This document shows, one piece after another, positions 9,701 to 18,863 of a DNA stretch of 64,000 bases. The DNA lies in IMG/VR virus record IMGVR_UViG_3300027973_000032, positions 1 through 64,000 of that record; one strand, written 5' to 3'. The stretch's first letter is position 1, and each line of letters starts with the position of its first letter. Source of the stretch: a virus. The notes under the pieces were generated by a model. That model was given only the letters and a program-made list of their open reading frames with translations, made no database searches and was not told the origin of the DNA. The translations under genes and the position numbers were made by a program.

Positions 9701-12280
9701 AGCAAGTTCTTTAAATTTAAGTTGACCAGCATTGTTAATAATTTGTTCATCAGCTTTGATTGTAGTGCCGTCAACAGTTGATGGAGTTGTTCCGCCAATT
9801 GGGGTACTGTTAATCGTGCCGCCTGTAACTGCAACATTACTAAAACTACTGGATCCAGTACTAGTTACGTTGCCAGTTAGATCTCCACTAAATCCAGTAG
9901 TGGCTGTGATTGTAGTGCCCTTTACTGTACTTGCTGTTGTTGCTCCAATTGGTGTATTATTAATCTTACCACCAGTAACATCAATATCGCTGAAGCTACT
10001 TGTTCCTGTACTGGTCACATTGCCTGTGACATTGCCAGTTAAGTTACCTGTGACATTGCCTGTGACATTGCCAGTTAAGTTACCTGTGACATTGCCTGTG
10101 ACATTACCAGTTAGGTCGCCACTGAATCCAGTGGTAGCTGTAATTGTAGTACCTTTTACAGTAGTTGGATTTGTAGCACCAATTGTTGTAGTATTGATAC
10201 TGCCACCAGTTACAGTAATATTGCTGAAACTACTAGTACCAGTACTGGTCACATTGCCAGTTAGGTTGCCACTAAATTCAGTAGTGGCTGTGATAGTAGT
10301 GCCTTTTATTGTAGTTGGCGTAGTGGCACCTATTGGTGTATTATTAATCTTACCACCAGTAACATCAATATCGCTGAAGCTACTTGTTCCTGTACTGGTC
10401 ACATTGCCTGTGACATTGCCAGTTAGGTTACCTGTGACATTACCAGTTAGGTTACCTGTGACATTGCCTGTGACATTACCAGTTAAGGGTCCACTAAATC
10501 CAGTAGTAGCCGTAATTCCTGTGCCTTTTATAGTACTAGCAGTAGTAGCACCAATTGGTGTATTATTGATACTACCACCAGTTACATCAATACTACTGAA
10601 ACTACTAATGCCAGTGCTGGTCACATTGCCTGTGACATTACCTGTGACATTGCCAGTTAAATCCCCAGTCACATTGCCAGTTAGGTTACCAGTTGTATTG
10701 CCAGTTAGGTTACCAGTTACATTGCCAGTTAGGTTACCACTAAATCCACTAGTAGCTGTGATGGTAGTACCCTTTATGGTACTGGCAGTTGTAGCCCCAA
10801 TTGGCGTAGTATTGATACTGCCACCTGTTATGGTAACATTGCTAAAACTACTTGACCCCGTACTGGTTATATTACCAGTAACTGAACCAGTAAAAGTTGC
10901 ATTGGTACCATCAGTTCCGTTGTCTAAAACCTTAGCATCATTATTAGCAACGATATCACCTTTTAAATCACCTGTGACATTTCCTGAACTATTACCTTCA
11001 AATGATCCTACAAACTTATCTGTGGCAGTGACCACAGTACCAGTAATTGTAGTTCCAGTAATACGGAATGGTATAGTTTTACCAATCTCTGTGTTATCTA
11101 TAGTACCAGGTGTACCTGTAGTTGAATATATTGCTACTTCATTAAATGTGCTTTTTTTATTGCTGTTAACTGATCCAGTGAATACAGCATTAGTTCCATC
11201 ATTGCCATTTTCTAATATTTTACTAGTGCCATCAGAAGCATAAACGTCGCCAATAAGTCTGCCCGTAACTCCTGTGGCAGTGTTAACAGTTCCAGTAAAT
11301 ACAGCATTAGAACCATCTGTACCATTTTCTAGTATCTTTGTTACACCATCAGCAGCATAGATATCACCAATTATATTGCCAGTGAATGTGGCAGGGACGC
11401 TAGTGCCGTTGCCATTCTCTAATACTTTGGTTGTGCCATTACTGGCATACACATCACCTGTCAAGTCTCCTGCGACATTCCCAGTTAGGTTACCTGTGAC
11501 ATTACCAGTCAAGTTACCTGTGACATTGCCTGTGACATTGCCTGTGACATTACCAGTTAAGGGTCCACTAAATCCAGTTGTAGCTGTGATTGTAGTACCT
11601 TTTACAGTACTTGGGGTAGTGGCACCAATTGGTGTGGAATTGATACTACCACCCGTGATTGTAGCACTACTAAAATTACTTGATCCTGTACTGGTTATGT
11701 TGCCTGTAACATCGCCTGTAAATAGAGCATTAAGTCCATTAGTGCCGTTGTCTAATACTCTTATACCATTGGTGGAATATACATCACCTCTTAGGTCGCC
11801 TGTGACATTGCCTGTGACATCGCCTGTGATGTTAACATTTAAGGATCCGCCATTACCTGTTAGATCCAATCCAGCTACTTTGAGAGTACCGGCTACATTT
11901 AAATCACCTTGTATGCCTACCCCTCCTGCTACTGTTAATGCGCCAGTAAATTCATCAACACTAACTTCTTCAGATAAGACACTTACTGTTACAGGATCCT
12001 GTATTTCTAGTAGATTTTTAGTTATATGAACTGTTAGTTCATCGTCATTATAAAAGTTGAGTTCTTCTGAGTCAGTGGCATCTATATAAGTAGTGCCAGC
12101 ATTATTTCTAAATCTTCCTAATACTATAGCATAGTCTAATTGAGTCCAAGTCTTTACACCGTCGCCTATTTTAAAATTCTTATTGGTTAGATCAATACCA
12201 ATCTCACCTTGAGCAAGTTTAGGATTGATTCTGTCCCAGTTTACTAGGGTGTCTCTTCTTAGCTGTATTTTTTTTGCCAT
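3782..12280 (-). CDS. Giant tail fibre / baseplate-associated structural protein (2,832 aa)
   Basis: N-terminal KIQLRRDT...W...NP.LAQGEIG...KIGDG fibre-attachment motif, TGNV repeats, beta-helix-like middle (GDDANDG...VKTVKRA), fibre-type C-terminus. Confidence 0.85.
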   Translation of the reverse strand: MAKKIQLRRDTLVNWDRINPKLAQGEIGIDLTNKNFKIGDGVKTWTQLDYAIVLGRFRNNAGTTYIDATDSEELNFYNDDELTVHITKNLLEIQDPVTVSVLSEEVSVDEFTGALTVAGGVGIQGDLNVAGTLKVAGLDLTGNGGSLNVNITGDVTGNVTGDLRGDVYSTNGIRVLDNGTNGLNALFTGDVTGNITSTGSSNFSSATITGGSINSTPIGATTPSTVKGTTITATTGFSGPLTGNVTGNVTGNVTGNLTGNVTGNLTGNVAGDLTGDVYASNGTTKVLENGNGTSVPATFTGNIIGDIYAADGVTKILENGTDGSNAVFTGTVNTATGVTGRLIGDVYASDGTSKILENGNDGTNAVFTGSVNSNKKSTFNEVAIYSTTGTPGTIDNTEIGKTIPFRITGTTITGTVVTATDKFVGSFEGNSSGNVTGDLKGDIVANNDAKVLDNGTDGTNATFTGSVTGNITSTGSSSFSNVTITGGSINTTPIGATTASTIKGTTITATSGFSGNLTGNVTGNLTGNTTGNLTGNVTGDLTGNVTGNVTGNVTSTGISSFSSIDVTGGSINNTPIGATTASTIKGTGITATTGFSGPLTGNVTGNVTGNLTGNVTGNLTGNVTGNVTSTGTSSFSDIDVTGGKINNTPIGATTPTTIKGTTITATTEFSGNLTGNVTSTGTSSFSNITVTGGSINTTTIGATNPTTVKGTTITATTGFSGDLTGNVTGNVTGNLTGNVTGNVTGNLTGNVTGNVTSTGTSSFSDIDVTGGKINNTPIGATTASTVKGTTITATTGFSGDLTGNVTSTGSSSFSNVAVTGGTINSTPIGGTTPSTVDGTTIKADEQIINNAGQLKFKELAANGVTSVNLKAPDYLLSSYTMTLPPALGLDGYILGQNATGELEFVSPDAFGGGKVNVSNVYGDDANDGINKPVKTVKRALQIASGIVYDANGKPNDKKLVVSVANGEYYEDNPIIIPDNVSVQGAGLRACNIRPLNANLDMLRVRNACYFTGFTFRDNLNINGTPQFTFDYAVSFDDPADTNCDRTGYTNMPDTRPTITISPYIQNCSIISFLGGNGVLVDGNKVNSPNKPRNPNEVENPVEGPEPEQGKSMVANAFTMLSFGGTGWRVINDAYAQIVSCFQIFCLNGSYCQSGGYLSITNSATNFGKYALRASGYSPNAFSFNRGVVVGTGTNGAQQTIQAIGFGQLPVQDYVIRFRDTAYKNAYFDLLENKTRLQTAVIDWITIQVNGNISPFTSGFVYDEDKCHRDVGLLVEAVANDVLTGGNSRSVEAGLSYANADVAALTAQTLQNIAAFEYLKQECMAVVVDLGIDFIVEQKFDIIIGIIDDPASAPVSISYSNVGDISANYQPISASDYVNFNAATSVDAGDNVFNITGHGLLNGQKVIYNSNTFATVPGLTNEQTYYVDFITVNQFGLFYDNSLTSRVNILGTSTGQQRFVKNVKEFYIDTIVDSHTDYQKLTLDAGDYKFVTGRVVEGETGGSPNRAYVYTYDPLTYELIVSLDYVTVNNVISRRPFNDTSIINYDHSASPVASIVVNAYDSINTLYTVDVKILPVTNGTQLINLGNLPEKQIWLHRPSIVNSSSHSWEYAGSGTDYNALPQNGGKGDPDYEQFSDLPGRVYTSGTNELGDFKVGDFIKAENKTGNVTFTNTVTIGALAALRLAVGNVTIEEFSTDIGLGDNEVGGPKDTRLSTQLAVKSYLANRLGDFIDKRVSTNNVSGAIPQLNSLGQLNADLIPPVRNFLSYRSQGYDSRLVQVENVPAVNLLNGDLATETYSIQELTLDRAITAADGTVVVQNTTGAKGVIIGNVAAATLITVGSYLKSTFNAAFNTTDTLVIDGDSTPSDTNQSVTPSNVGPVTTGQTVNYILSEQEPSQFLVLDPSKDYDFTGITSVVGANYQAIGTVTGTVYGVLYSLDNANIVGGSGYTPASGFQVYTNVPLVSITGTGIGAIADITVTNGSVTNVYLVRGGSGYAVNDQIRAAYTNIGGTYAVQFNIRVTSIQKRLYVDIVGSQKFTASSVVPEYIYDNNALINTVTLTTNSVKSFNAASVGGNVDYINSRITISSHGFTNGDPVKYTSSPYVNIGGLVGGSVYYIKVYDSDTIELCTDYTIQNKIAFVSSGTGTQSLTVSAVDLIKDTIYLPTHGFNTGDPICLTGAALPNGIPSGNFYFIGSETTNSFTLHQLKADALSSINGQTFNPINLSSTGSGSATFTLQNVQITSVVNTGSTLAINWSSLSANNIDASNIVSGIINTSRLATGTANTGTFLRGDSSWARAVQTLKTGANSPLSLTGDFFTNGGTNNFYADVTVNIDPVDGTRGDALYSNSGVVAFSKNQFTIGDGVTAGKVFIKDNVIDAATVNGNNSSYLLDSVNHTTQPVNKGGTNLTSYTSGDMIYANGTTSLGKLNIGSANKILVSTGSAPSWSDSLNFKDLTVDGNVNLGGIVAITSGKLTIADKNIQLGVISALNNKTGVIADAASLSTITGLASTSGITGGMLLSKVSGVGAFGSNARVVDVLNTTSFTFQADDANTVGSITFNIGGVSDYTADNGGVTVKGADDKTFVWKRATSSWTSSDNLDLAVSKVYKINGTQVLSASSLGSGVTGSSLTTVGTIGTGTWQGTIVAPTYGGTGINNGANTLTLGGSLSTTGAYSTNLTATATTNITLPTTGTLATLDNIETFSNKSLTSPTITGTGSIAAGLLTLDSETVLIDSSTLTTTTTATDQVAATVNGIKYRTVEFTVSVTSGSYYHALKILVVHDGASVFLTQYGEILSNPSQLLATFTADISANNIRLLTTPVFNDTVYKVSINAISV
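9730..11830 (-). repeat. Coding repeats: (TGNV/TGNL)n tetrapeptides alternating with ~40-aa TSTGxSSFS...TPIGATT units
   Basis: 12-bp tandem repeats such as cctgtgacattg and repeated longer units in DNA and protein; boundaries approximate. Confidence 0.9.
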
Positions 12281-12365
12281 TCTTGTCTCCAGCGATTTGC
12301 TTGGAGACTGACTCCAAACCGCCCATAAAACTATTTATTAAGAACGGCTTGGTTATTAAATGAGC

Positions 12366-12656
12366 TTAGGCTAATTGAATTCCGCTGGTCTTGCTTAGAT
12401 ATTGCTTGCCAATATCATCATCTGTTCGAGCAAAAGTGATAACTGCTGTTCTAGCAATGGCATACTCTTCTTCAGGTCTCACTGTCATCATGTATGGAAC
12501 CATGCCCATACCCTGCTGACTCATCATTAACACACTGGGCTTGGTAACATAAAAATTGATACCATCTTCACGTACATAACGCCCAAGAATCTCTTCTCCG
12601 CTACTTACTTTGAAACTGATAATATCATTGGTTTTAAACTTATTTTCAACTAACAT
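12366..12656 (-). CDS. Small Sm-like-fold phage protein
   Basis: DIISFKVSSGEEILG...KP...MVPYM...Y...TSGI pattern seen in large phages. Confidence 0.6.
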   Translation of the reverse strand: MLVENKFKTNDIISFKVSSGEEILGRYVREDGINFYVTKPSVLMMSQQGMGMVPYMMTVRPEEEYAIARTAVITFARTDDDIGKQYLSKTSGIQLA

Positions 12657-12658
12657 TT

Positions 12659-12901
12659 TTATCCTTTGTATTGTTCGAAAAACTCTGCTGGCTTGCTGTC
12701 TAAACCTTGAAACCCACCTGGTAATAAGGTCGTACCATCAAAGATCTGTGGCACACTACGCAAACCTTGATCCATTAAGAACTCCTTAGAGTCAGGATCA
12801 TCTTGTACATTGATTGCTTTATAAGGAACGCCTTTACTTTCCAATAGAGCTTTAGCTCTGTCACAAAATGGACAGTTATTTTTTGTATATACTGTTAACA
12901 T
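12659..12901 (-). CDS. Glutaredoxin (RNR reductant)
   Basis: CPFC active site, RSVPQIF, GGF; directly downstream of nrdB. Confidence 0.93.
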   Translation of the reverse strand: MLTVYTKNNCPFCDRAKALLESKGVPYKAINVQDDPDSKEFLMDQGLRSVPQIFDGTTLLPGGFQGLDSKPAEFFEQYKG

Positions 12902-12919
12902 TACTTCTCCTTTGAAGGA

Positions 12920-14020
12920 TTATAACATGGGCAATTCATCATAGTCAATACTATCGCCCATAATTCCTATAACATAATTAGTCGACTCGTTTTCCTGCAA
13001 AGCAGTCTGCTTTTTACTAGTATCACTATGCTTGTTAAACCAAGGAATAGGAGTGGTCTTGGGAGCAGGACTCATATACTTTAAACCAATATCCTTTAAG
13101 GCTGCGGCTGCTGTATAATCCACAAAGTCTTTTAGAATGTTGGCATTTAATCCAATCACTGGCCCTTTCTTAAACAAATACTCTGCCCATGCCTTTTCCT
13201 CTGCAATTACTGACAAGTACATAGCATATACTTCTTGTTCACAATCCTGCTTGGCCTTGGCAAATCTTGCATCTTCCTTAACTACTTGATTGATTAACCA
13301 AGCTGTCCAGCCTTTATGTAATAGTTCATCTTGTAGGATTAAACTAATAATATTGCCATTACCAATGAAGATCTTGTTCTCTACCATGGCTAGGCTGGTG
13401 GCAAATGACACCATAAACCTAAATGCTTCTAGGGCATAACTAGCATTGAGCGCCATCCAGATAGATCTAATATGTACAGTTTCATTAATTGATTCACCAA
13501 GCTCTTTATGACAATTGATCATGTGTAATTCGTCATAGTAATTGCCCACATTACTGGCCATGTCTACTATCTCTTTGGTGTCATGGATAGTATTAAACAC
13601 ATCTTTAGGTACATTATAGATATTACGTATGATATGACTATATGATCTACTATGAATATTAGTTTCAAAGAAACTCCAATTATACATCAATGCTTCCATT
13701 TCAGGTAAACTTACACACGGCGTGAACACTTGTGCTGGGCCACGTCCTTGTATACTATCCAAGGCTGTTTGACGTAATAGATTACTGGTAAAGATATGTT
13801 TTACACTGTCACTGGCATCTTTGAAATCGCTGGCATCTTTGGTCAAACTGATTTCTTCTGGAACCCAAAAGAAACCACGTGCTGTCTGTTCAAAGTCTAC
13901 AATCTTTTTATATTTTACTTCTTCAAAACGTTGAATGGTCACTGGTCCGGCTGGATCCAAAAACATTTTGCGATTTAAATAGTCTGTCTTAGTAGTTAGG
14001 TTATATTGTTCTTTACTCAT
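12920..14020 (-). CDS. nrdB: Ribonucleotide reductase class Ia beta subunit
   Basis: FFWVPEE, ETNIHSRSYSHI (radical Tyr region), LEAFRFMVSF, QDELLH, C-terminal QENE..NY. Confidence 0.97.
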   Translation of the reverse strand: MSKEQYNLTTKTDYLNRKMFLDPAGPVTIQRFEEVKYKKIVDFEQTARGFFWVPEEISLTKDASDFKDASDSVKHIFTSNLLRQTALDSIQGRGPAQVFTPCVSLPEMEALMYNWSFFETNIHSRSYSHIIRNIYNVPKDVFNTIHDTKEIVDMASNVGNYYDELHMINCHKELGESINETVHIRSIWMALNASYALEAFRFMVSFATSLAMVENKIFIGNGNIISLILQDELLHKGWTAWLINQVVKEDARFAKAKQDCEQEVYAMYLSVIAEEKAWAEYLFKKGPVIGLNANILKDFVDYTAAAALKDIGLKYMSPAPKTTPIPWFNKHSDTSKKQTALQENESTNYVIGIMGDSIDYDELPML

Positions 14021-16347
14021 AATTTACAGGATTCGCAGTCCTCCTCAATTAATTCTCTTTGATTATGAAATCCATTATAATGTACTTCAGGTGTGGGTTC
14101 GGGCATTTTACTACCTTGCTTGTCAATTAAACTATAGTACAGTGTCTTCAATCCCCAAATGTGTGCTTGCATTAGGTTCTTAGCAATTAATGTGCTAGGC
14201 ACTTTACGATCTGCAAAATGCTTGGGACTATAGAATGTATTGGTACTGATGCTTTGATCCACATAGGCAGCCAATACTGCTGCTGTTTTCAAATAGCCAA
14301 CGCAATCTCGTTGTTCCCACATAAGTTGATAACGATTTTTAAGCCTATGGTACTCTGGAACAACTTGAATGAAACTGCCTGCTTTACTTTCCTTCACACT
14401 GATTAGGCTCATGGGCATTTCAATACCATTAGTACTGTTAATGACCACACTACTGGACTCCACCGGAGCAATAGCCATCAATGTGGCATTGCGTACACCG
14501 TACTGTTTCATATTAGCACGTAAGATTTCCCAATCAAGTTCTGGTGTAAACTCAGCTAATTCATTTACAGCACTGGCTCTGAGTTCCCAAGGAAAAATGC
14601 CTTGTCCATATCTTGTCTTATGACTGTCCTTACATGGGCCACGTTCTTTGGCCAACTCCACAGTGGCTTGAGTTAAGTAGTAGGCTTGATGCTCCATCCA
14701 ACTTTTAACATCTTGTAAGGCATCCTTATCACCATACTTATAGCCGCGCTTGGCATGCCAATAGGCCAAGTTAGTTACTCCAATGCCTAATGGTTGGATT
14801 TCGTCATTGCTTAGTTTAGACTGAATACTGAGGAAGTCCTGATAATCAAGGATGTTGCATAGGCTGCGCTGGAGAATGCGACAAGCACGGCGCATATCCT
14901 CAGGATTTCTGAACGCACCCCAGTTAATCGATCCCAAGGTACAAAGAGCGATACGGCCATCGCTGTCATCCAAACGCTTAAAAGGGCGAGTAGGAAGTAG
15001 AATTTCACAACAAAGATTACTCTGGTAAATTGTATGATAGTCAGGATCAAATGGGCCCTGCTTCATTACGTTGTCAATGAACACCAAATAGATACGTCCT
15101 GTATCTGTGCGTTCTTTTAAGATGCCACTTTTGAATACTTCTTCAGCACTCATAGTTTTTTTACGAATGCCATCTTGACGTTCGTATTTCACATAGAGTT
15201 CTTCGAACTTTTCCGTGTTGGAGTAGAAGGCTTCGTAGAGGTCCGGTACTTGGTTTGGGTCGAAGAACGTAATATTCTCTTTGTTCTTAAACCTACGCCA
15301 GAAGAATGCTGAGAGTACGACACCATAGTCCATATGTCTGACTCGGGTTTCTTCTGTTCCTTGATTATTTTTGAGCACAATAAGGTCATCAAATTGGTGA
15401 TGCCAGATCGGATAGAACACAGTAGCTGACGCATTTCTAATCCCTCCTTGTGAACAGGATCTAAGATCCCCAAACCATTTCTTTAAGAACGGAATCATGC
15501 CAGTATGCATGATCTCGCCTCCCCTAATTGGACTACCTAATGGACGCAGTCTGCCAATCTCTAACCCAATTCCAGCACGTTTACTAGCATACTTGGCCAT
15601 CATTTCGCCACTGGCGAAAATACTGTCTAAATCGTCATCACTGCGTATGAGAACGCAACTACTAAACTGCTTAGTAGGGGTTCCGAGACCAGCCAATACT
15701 GGAGTCGCCAAAGTAAATAACCCATCACTGGCTGCATTGTAATACTCCTTGATATAACGCATTCTGGCAGCTAACGGTTCTTCCTTATGAAAGATAGTGG
15801 CTGCTGCTATAATATAGCGAACTTGTGGTGTTTCATAAATTTCTTTTGTGCTACGATTACGTACTAGATACTTTTCAATTAATTGTTCAATGGCAGCATA
15901 ACTGTATTCTTCATCACGTTCATGTCGAACAAACAAATCAATATTATTCCAATCTGATTCAGTATACCATGTTAGTAGTTCAGGAGTATATAGTCCTACT
16001 TCCACATTGCGTTTAACTATGTCATAGAGCCTAGGAACATCATATTGACCGTAGACATCTTTACGTAGCATACTGAGACGTTGTTTGCCTGCCACATATT
16101 GATAGTTAGTATTGCCAACATCTGGATTACTTTCAATATCAATCAAATCAACGATAGCACGTAGGGTAATCCCATCAATTTCCTTAGTGGTAATGCCATC
16201 GTAGAAGTGTGGCTGTGCTTTGATCTCTATCATGCTTTGGCTCACATCTGCAATACCACTGCATACTTTAGCTATCTGTGTCTGCCATTTGGAAAGGTCT
16301 AGTGGTACGCTATCCCCGTTTCTTTTTTTCACCGTGATTTTATTCAT
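14017..16347 (-). CDS. nrdA: Ribonucleotide reductase class Ia alpha subunit
   Basis: N-terminal ATP-cone (VKKRNG), QFSSC, SNLCCEI, APVESSS, LKTLYY, C-terminal CESC. Confidence 0.97.
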   Translation of the reverse strand: MNKITVKKRNGDSVPLDLSKWQTQIAKVCSGIADVSQSMIEIKAQPHFYDGITTKEIDGITLRAIVDLIDIESNPDVGNTNYQYVAGKQRLSMLRKDVYGQYDVPRLYDIVKRNVEVGLYTPELLTWYTESDWNNIDLFVRHERDEEYSYAAIEQLIEKYLVRNRSTKEIYETPQVRYIIAAATIFHKEEPLAARMRYIKEYYNAASDGLFTLATPVLAGLGTPTKQFSSCVLIRSDDDLDSIFASGEMMAKYASKRAGIGLEIGRLRPLGSPIRGGEIMHTGMIPFLKKWFGDLRSCSQGGIRNASATVFYPIWHHQFDDLIVLKNNQGTEETRVRHMDYGVVLSAFFWRRFKNKENITFFDPNQVPDLYEAFYSNTEKFEELYVKYERQDGIRKKTMSAEEVFKSGILKERTDTGRIYLVFIDNVMKQGPFDPDYHTIYQSNLCCEILLPTRPFKRLDDSDGRIALCTLGSINWGAFRNPEDMRRACRILQRSLCNILDYQDFLSIQSKLSNDEIQPLGIGVTNLAYWHAKRGYKYGDKDALQDVKSWMEHQAYYLTQATVELAKERGPCKDSHKTRYGQGIFPWELRASAVNELAEFTPELDWEILRANMKQYGVRNATLMAIAPVESSSVVINSTNGIEMPMSLISVKESKAGSFIQVVPEYHRLKNRYQLMWEQRDCVGYLKTAAVLAAYVDQSISTNTFYSPKHFADRKVPSTLIAKNLMQAHIWGLKTLYYSLIDKQGSKMPEPTPEVHYNGFHNQRELIEEDCESCKL

Positions 16348-16388
16348 AGCCTTATTTTACAGTAGTTTTACAAATAAGCCAAATCTTA

Positions 16389-18086
16389 TCAGCTCAATAT
16401 TTTATATGTGTAAGTTAATTTAGCCTGATCTCCCAAGCTTTGAGAATTTACTCCATCATAGACATAGCGTAATTCTACTGTATATCTATTGCTTAAAGAC
16501 ACCGTGTATTTTTTTGTACTTGCTGAAAATATCAAATGAATATCTTCATAGGTAAATTGTTGATCCATACCTACACCAAAATAGTCATAATCGTCAATCA
16601 TTTCTAATTTTGGATTACCACTAGTATCCAAATTTGTTGTATCAACTAGTATGGACAGTTTGCCTCTGCGTACTCTTCTTTGATTGGTGCTTTGATAAAA
16701 GTATTCTACTTCCAAGTGACACGATGTTGTCACTGGTAATCTAAATAATTTTAATAGAGTTGTTGAATAACTTAGATTGACCACATTGGTGAATGAATTT
16801 GAATAGTTTGCCTTACCAACTACTTCACTAATATAAGGATTGGAATATGATAAATCTGCTGGATTGGATAAACTGTGCCTGTCTGAATAATCTTGAATAG
16901 ATATATTACTAGGAACATCAAATTCTATATTACCATATTTGGCATCGTTATTATTGCCAAATATATCTCCTACCAATGTAAATTTATTTTGACTACTGAC
17001 GTTTCCCGATCCAGTATAAACCTTAATGCCTTGATTGCTTATTCTATTAAAGAAATTATTGGCAATAATGTTGTTTCTTGGTCCAAATTTCTGACCATAG
17101 TCAACTAAATTAGTATCCTTGCCAAAACGTACAGCAACTTCTAAATTCTCAAACACACAATCCCTAATGGTATTGCTTAGAATATCATATTTTGAGTCAA
17201 TGCCTAGTTTAAAGTTTTTAATGTTGATGTTGGTAAAAAGATTATTTTTACTAGTGATCAATTCAGTAGTGGCCATTATGTCTATGGCACAACTGGATGT
17301 GGATTCAAGTTGTCCATTCCAACTACTGGACAAATCTATATTGGCAAACTCACTGTTTTTTACACTTTCTAATAAGAGTGCATTGGCATTATTGCTGTCT
17401 AATATTAGGCTAAAGTTTTTTAAGGTCACTGAGCGGCATTGATTTTCGCCTGTGCTTAGAGGCACTGAACTATCATCTACATAATTGTCATCATTGGTAA
17501 GTCTAAATGCAGATCCTGTGCCTGTATATTGAAAAATAGTTCTTCCCTGACCTGCTCCTACAATATGTGTGTAACTGTGAATGTATATGGGATGATTGAA
17601 TAAGAAAATGCCTGGACCAAATTCCAATACGGCTCTAATATTAGGCGTGCCAGATCCTTGTAATGAATTAAGGTATAACTTGTTAATGGCATCTTGTATG
17701 GCCTGTGTTCTAATTGTTTGGGAATTAACACTGGTGTCACCATCAATTACTGGGCGAACCCCAAAACTTTCTGCATCTACCCTTTCATCTAAACGCTGCT
17801 GTAAAGGTCTTGATACAGGAGTACTTACTCTTTTATAGTTGTAATTTGCTACATCAAGTAAATTACTACGCTCTGTTAAGATTTGAGTATTGCCAATTCT
17901 TGGAGCGCCCTCACTTGTTTCCCCGTTGCCAATATATAACTGCTGTGTGTCAATGCACCAAGCTAACTCAGCACTAGCTAAACGAACTCCGTTATCCTGT
18001 CCTGGTATACCGTTCCAAGCAGCTTCACGTGGGCCATCTTTCCTGCCTCGACGTAATTGTATACGGCTAATTTGTACTACAGCCAT
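16389..18086 (-). CDS. Tail/baseplate protein with pectate-lyase-like beta-helix
   Basis: MAVVQISRIQLRRG...AELAWCIDTQQLYIGNG N-terminus, AIQDAIN...FGPGIF...IVGAGQGRT entry motif, Asn-rich repeats. Confidence 0.75.
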   Translation of the reverse strand: MAVVQISRIQLRRGRKDGPREAAWNGIPGQDNGVRLASAELAWCIDTQQLYIGNGETSEGAPRIGNTQILTERSNLLDVANYNYKRVSTPVSRPLQQRLDERVDAESFGVRPVIDGDTSVNSQTIRTQAIQDAINKLYLNSLQGSGTPNIRAVLEFGPGIFLFNHPIYIHSYTHIVGAGQGRTIFQYTGTGSAFRLTNDDNYVDDSSVPLSTGENQCRSVTLKNFSLILDSNNANALLLESVKNSEFANIDLSSSWNGQLESTSSCAIDIMATTELITSKNNLFTNINIKNFKLGIDSKYDILSNTIRDCVFENLEVAVRFGKDTNLVDYGQKFGPRNNIIANNFFNRISNQGIKVYTGSGNVSSQNKFTLVGDIFGNNNDAKYGNIEFDVPSNISIQDYSDRHSLSNPADLSYSNPYISEVVGKANYSNSFTNVVNLSYSTTLLKLFRLPVTTSCHLEVEYFYQSTNQRRVRRGKLSILVDTTNLDTSGNPKLEMIDDYDYFGVGMDQQFTYEDIHLIFSASTKKYTVSLSNRYTVELRYVYDGVNSQSLGDQAKLTYTYKILS

Positions 18087-18112
18087 GTGATTATCCCCTT
18101 ATAGGATATTTA

Positions 18113-18829
18113 TCAGATGTTGGTATAGTATTCTTCTAGCCTATCGAACCAACGATCAGTCCAATAATCAAAATGATCTGGCAACAATCTAAACTCTTGA
18201 TACTCAGGCTCGCCCCATTGACCTGGTGCAATCTCTGGTGGCTTTACACACATCATGATAACACCTTTACGTATGTTGGTGCCATGTACTTGATTATGTG
18301 CTAGAGCATAGGCAGTGAGTTGAAGAAAGTAATCATCGATCCACTCTATCTTCTTTGGCTTGTTAGTTTGTTTGAAGTCTAGAATACTTTCTTGACCTTG
18401 GTGTAGGCCCACACAGTCAGTAGTGCCTGCATACAATTCAGGATAGTACAAAGGTACTTCACTGCCCCATATTTCTGTAACGTGCCCAAAGCCTTTCTCA
18501 ATGACCTTTTTGGCCATTACCAAACTTTGTTGTGCATAAGGATTAGAAACCGTGTCTTTAATGCCTTCGCCCTTGACATAACGTTCAAGGAAGGTGTGCA
18601 TACGAGTTCCACGATTGGCTGCTTCTGTAGTAATCTGTTGAGCCTTGGCTTCACCCACACTACGTCGCCAATTGAGTAGAGCTTGTTTGGCTTCTTCTGG
18701 TTTGGTTTTATCTAGTACAGTGGTAACGCTGGGAACTTTGGTTCCGTCTGGGCAAGCGTATAAACGCTTGCCTGTGCTGTCATCTCTGGATAATTTGGTA
18801 TATTGATATCGTTCTATTAGTAAAGTCAT
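18113..18829 (-). CDS. PD-(D/E)XK exonuclease (RecB/Cas4-like phage family)
   Basis: PSVTTVL, RGTRMH, SEVPL, AGTTDC, DFKQT, QLTAYA. Confidence 0.88.
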   Translation of the reverse strand: MTLLIERYQYTKLSRDDSTGKRLYACPDGTKVPSVTTVLDKTKPEEAKQALLNWRRSVGEAKAQQITTEAANRGTRMHTFLERYVKGEGIKDTVSNPYAQQSLVMAKKVIEKGFGHVTEIWGSEVPLYYPELYAGTTDCVGLHQGQESILDFKQTNKPKKIEWIDDYFLQLTAYALAHNQVHGTNIRKGVIMMCVKPPEIAPGQWGEPEYQEFRLLPDHFDYWTDRWFDRLEEYYTNI

Positions 18830-18834
18830 TCCGT

Positions 18835-18863
18835 ATTATACTACAGAGTTAGTGGCTTGTCAA
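18835..18863 (-). promoter_or_regulatory. Sigma70-type promoter for the exonuclease
   Basis: Minus strand TTGACA-17 bp-TATAAT, ATG 5 nt after the -10. Confidence 0.8.

Noticed and set aside
501-12029. Long plus-strand Val/Leu/Pro-rich ORFs (e.g. 9732..11243)
   Set aside because: Antisense shadows of the Thr/Gly/Asn-rich fibre genes; no RBS or protein-like composition
2-12280. Diversity-generating retroelement acting on fibres
   Set aside because: No reverse transcriptase and no template/variable repeat pair differing only at adenines seen; shared blocks are all coding
12920-16347. Intron or intein in nrdA/nrdB
   Set aside because: Both are contiguous and of normal length, with motifs in expected order
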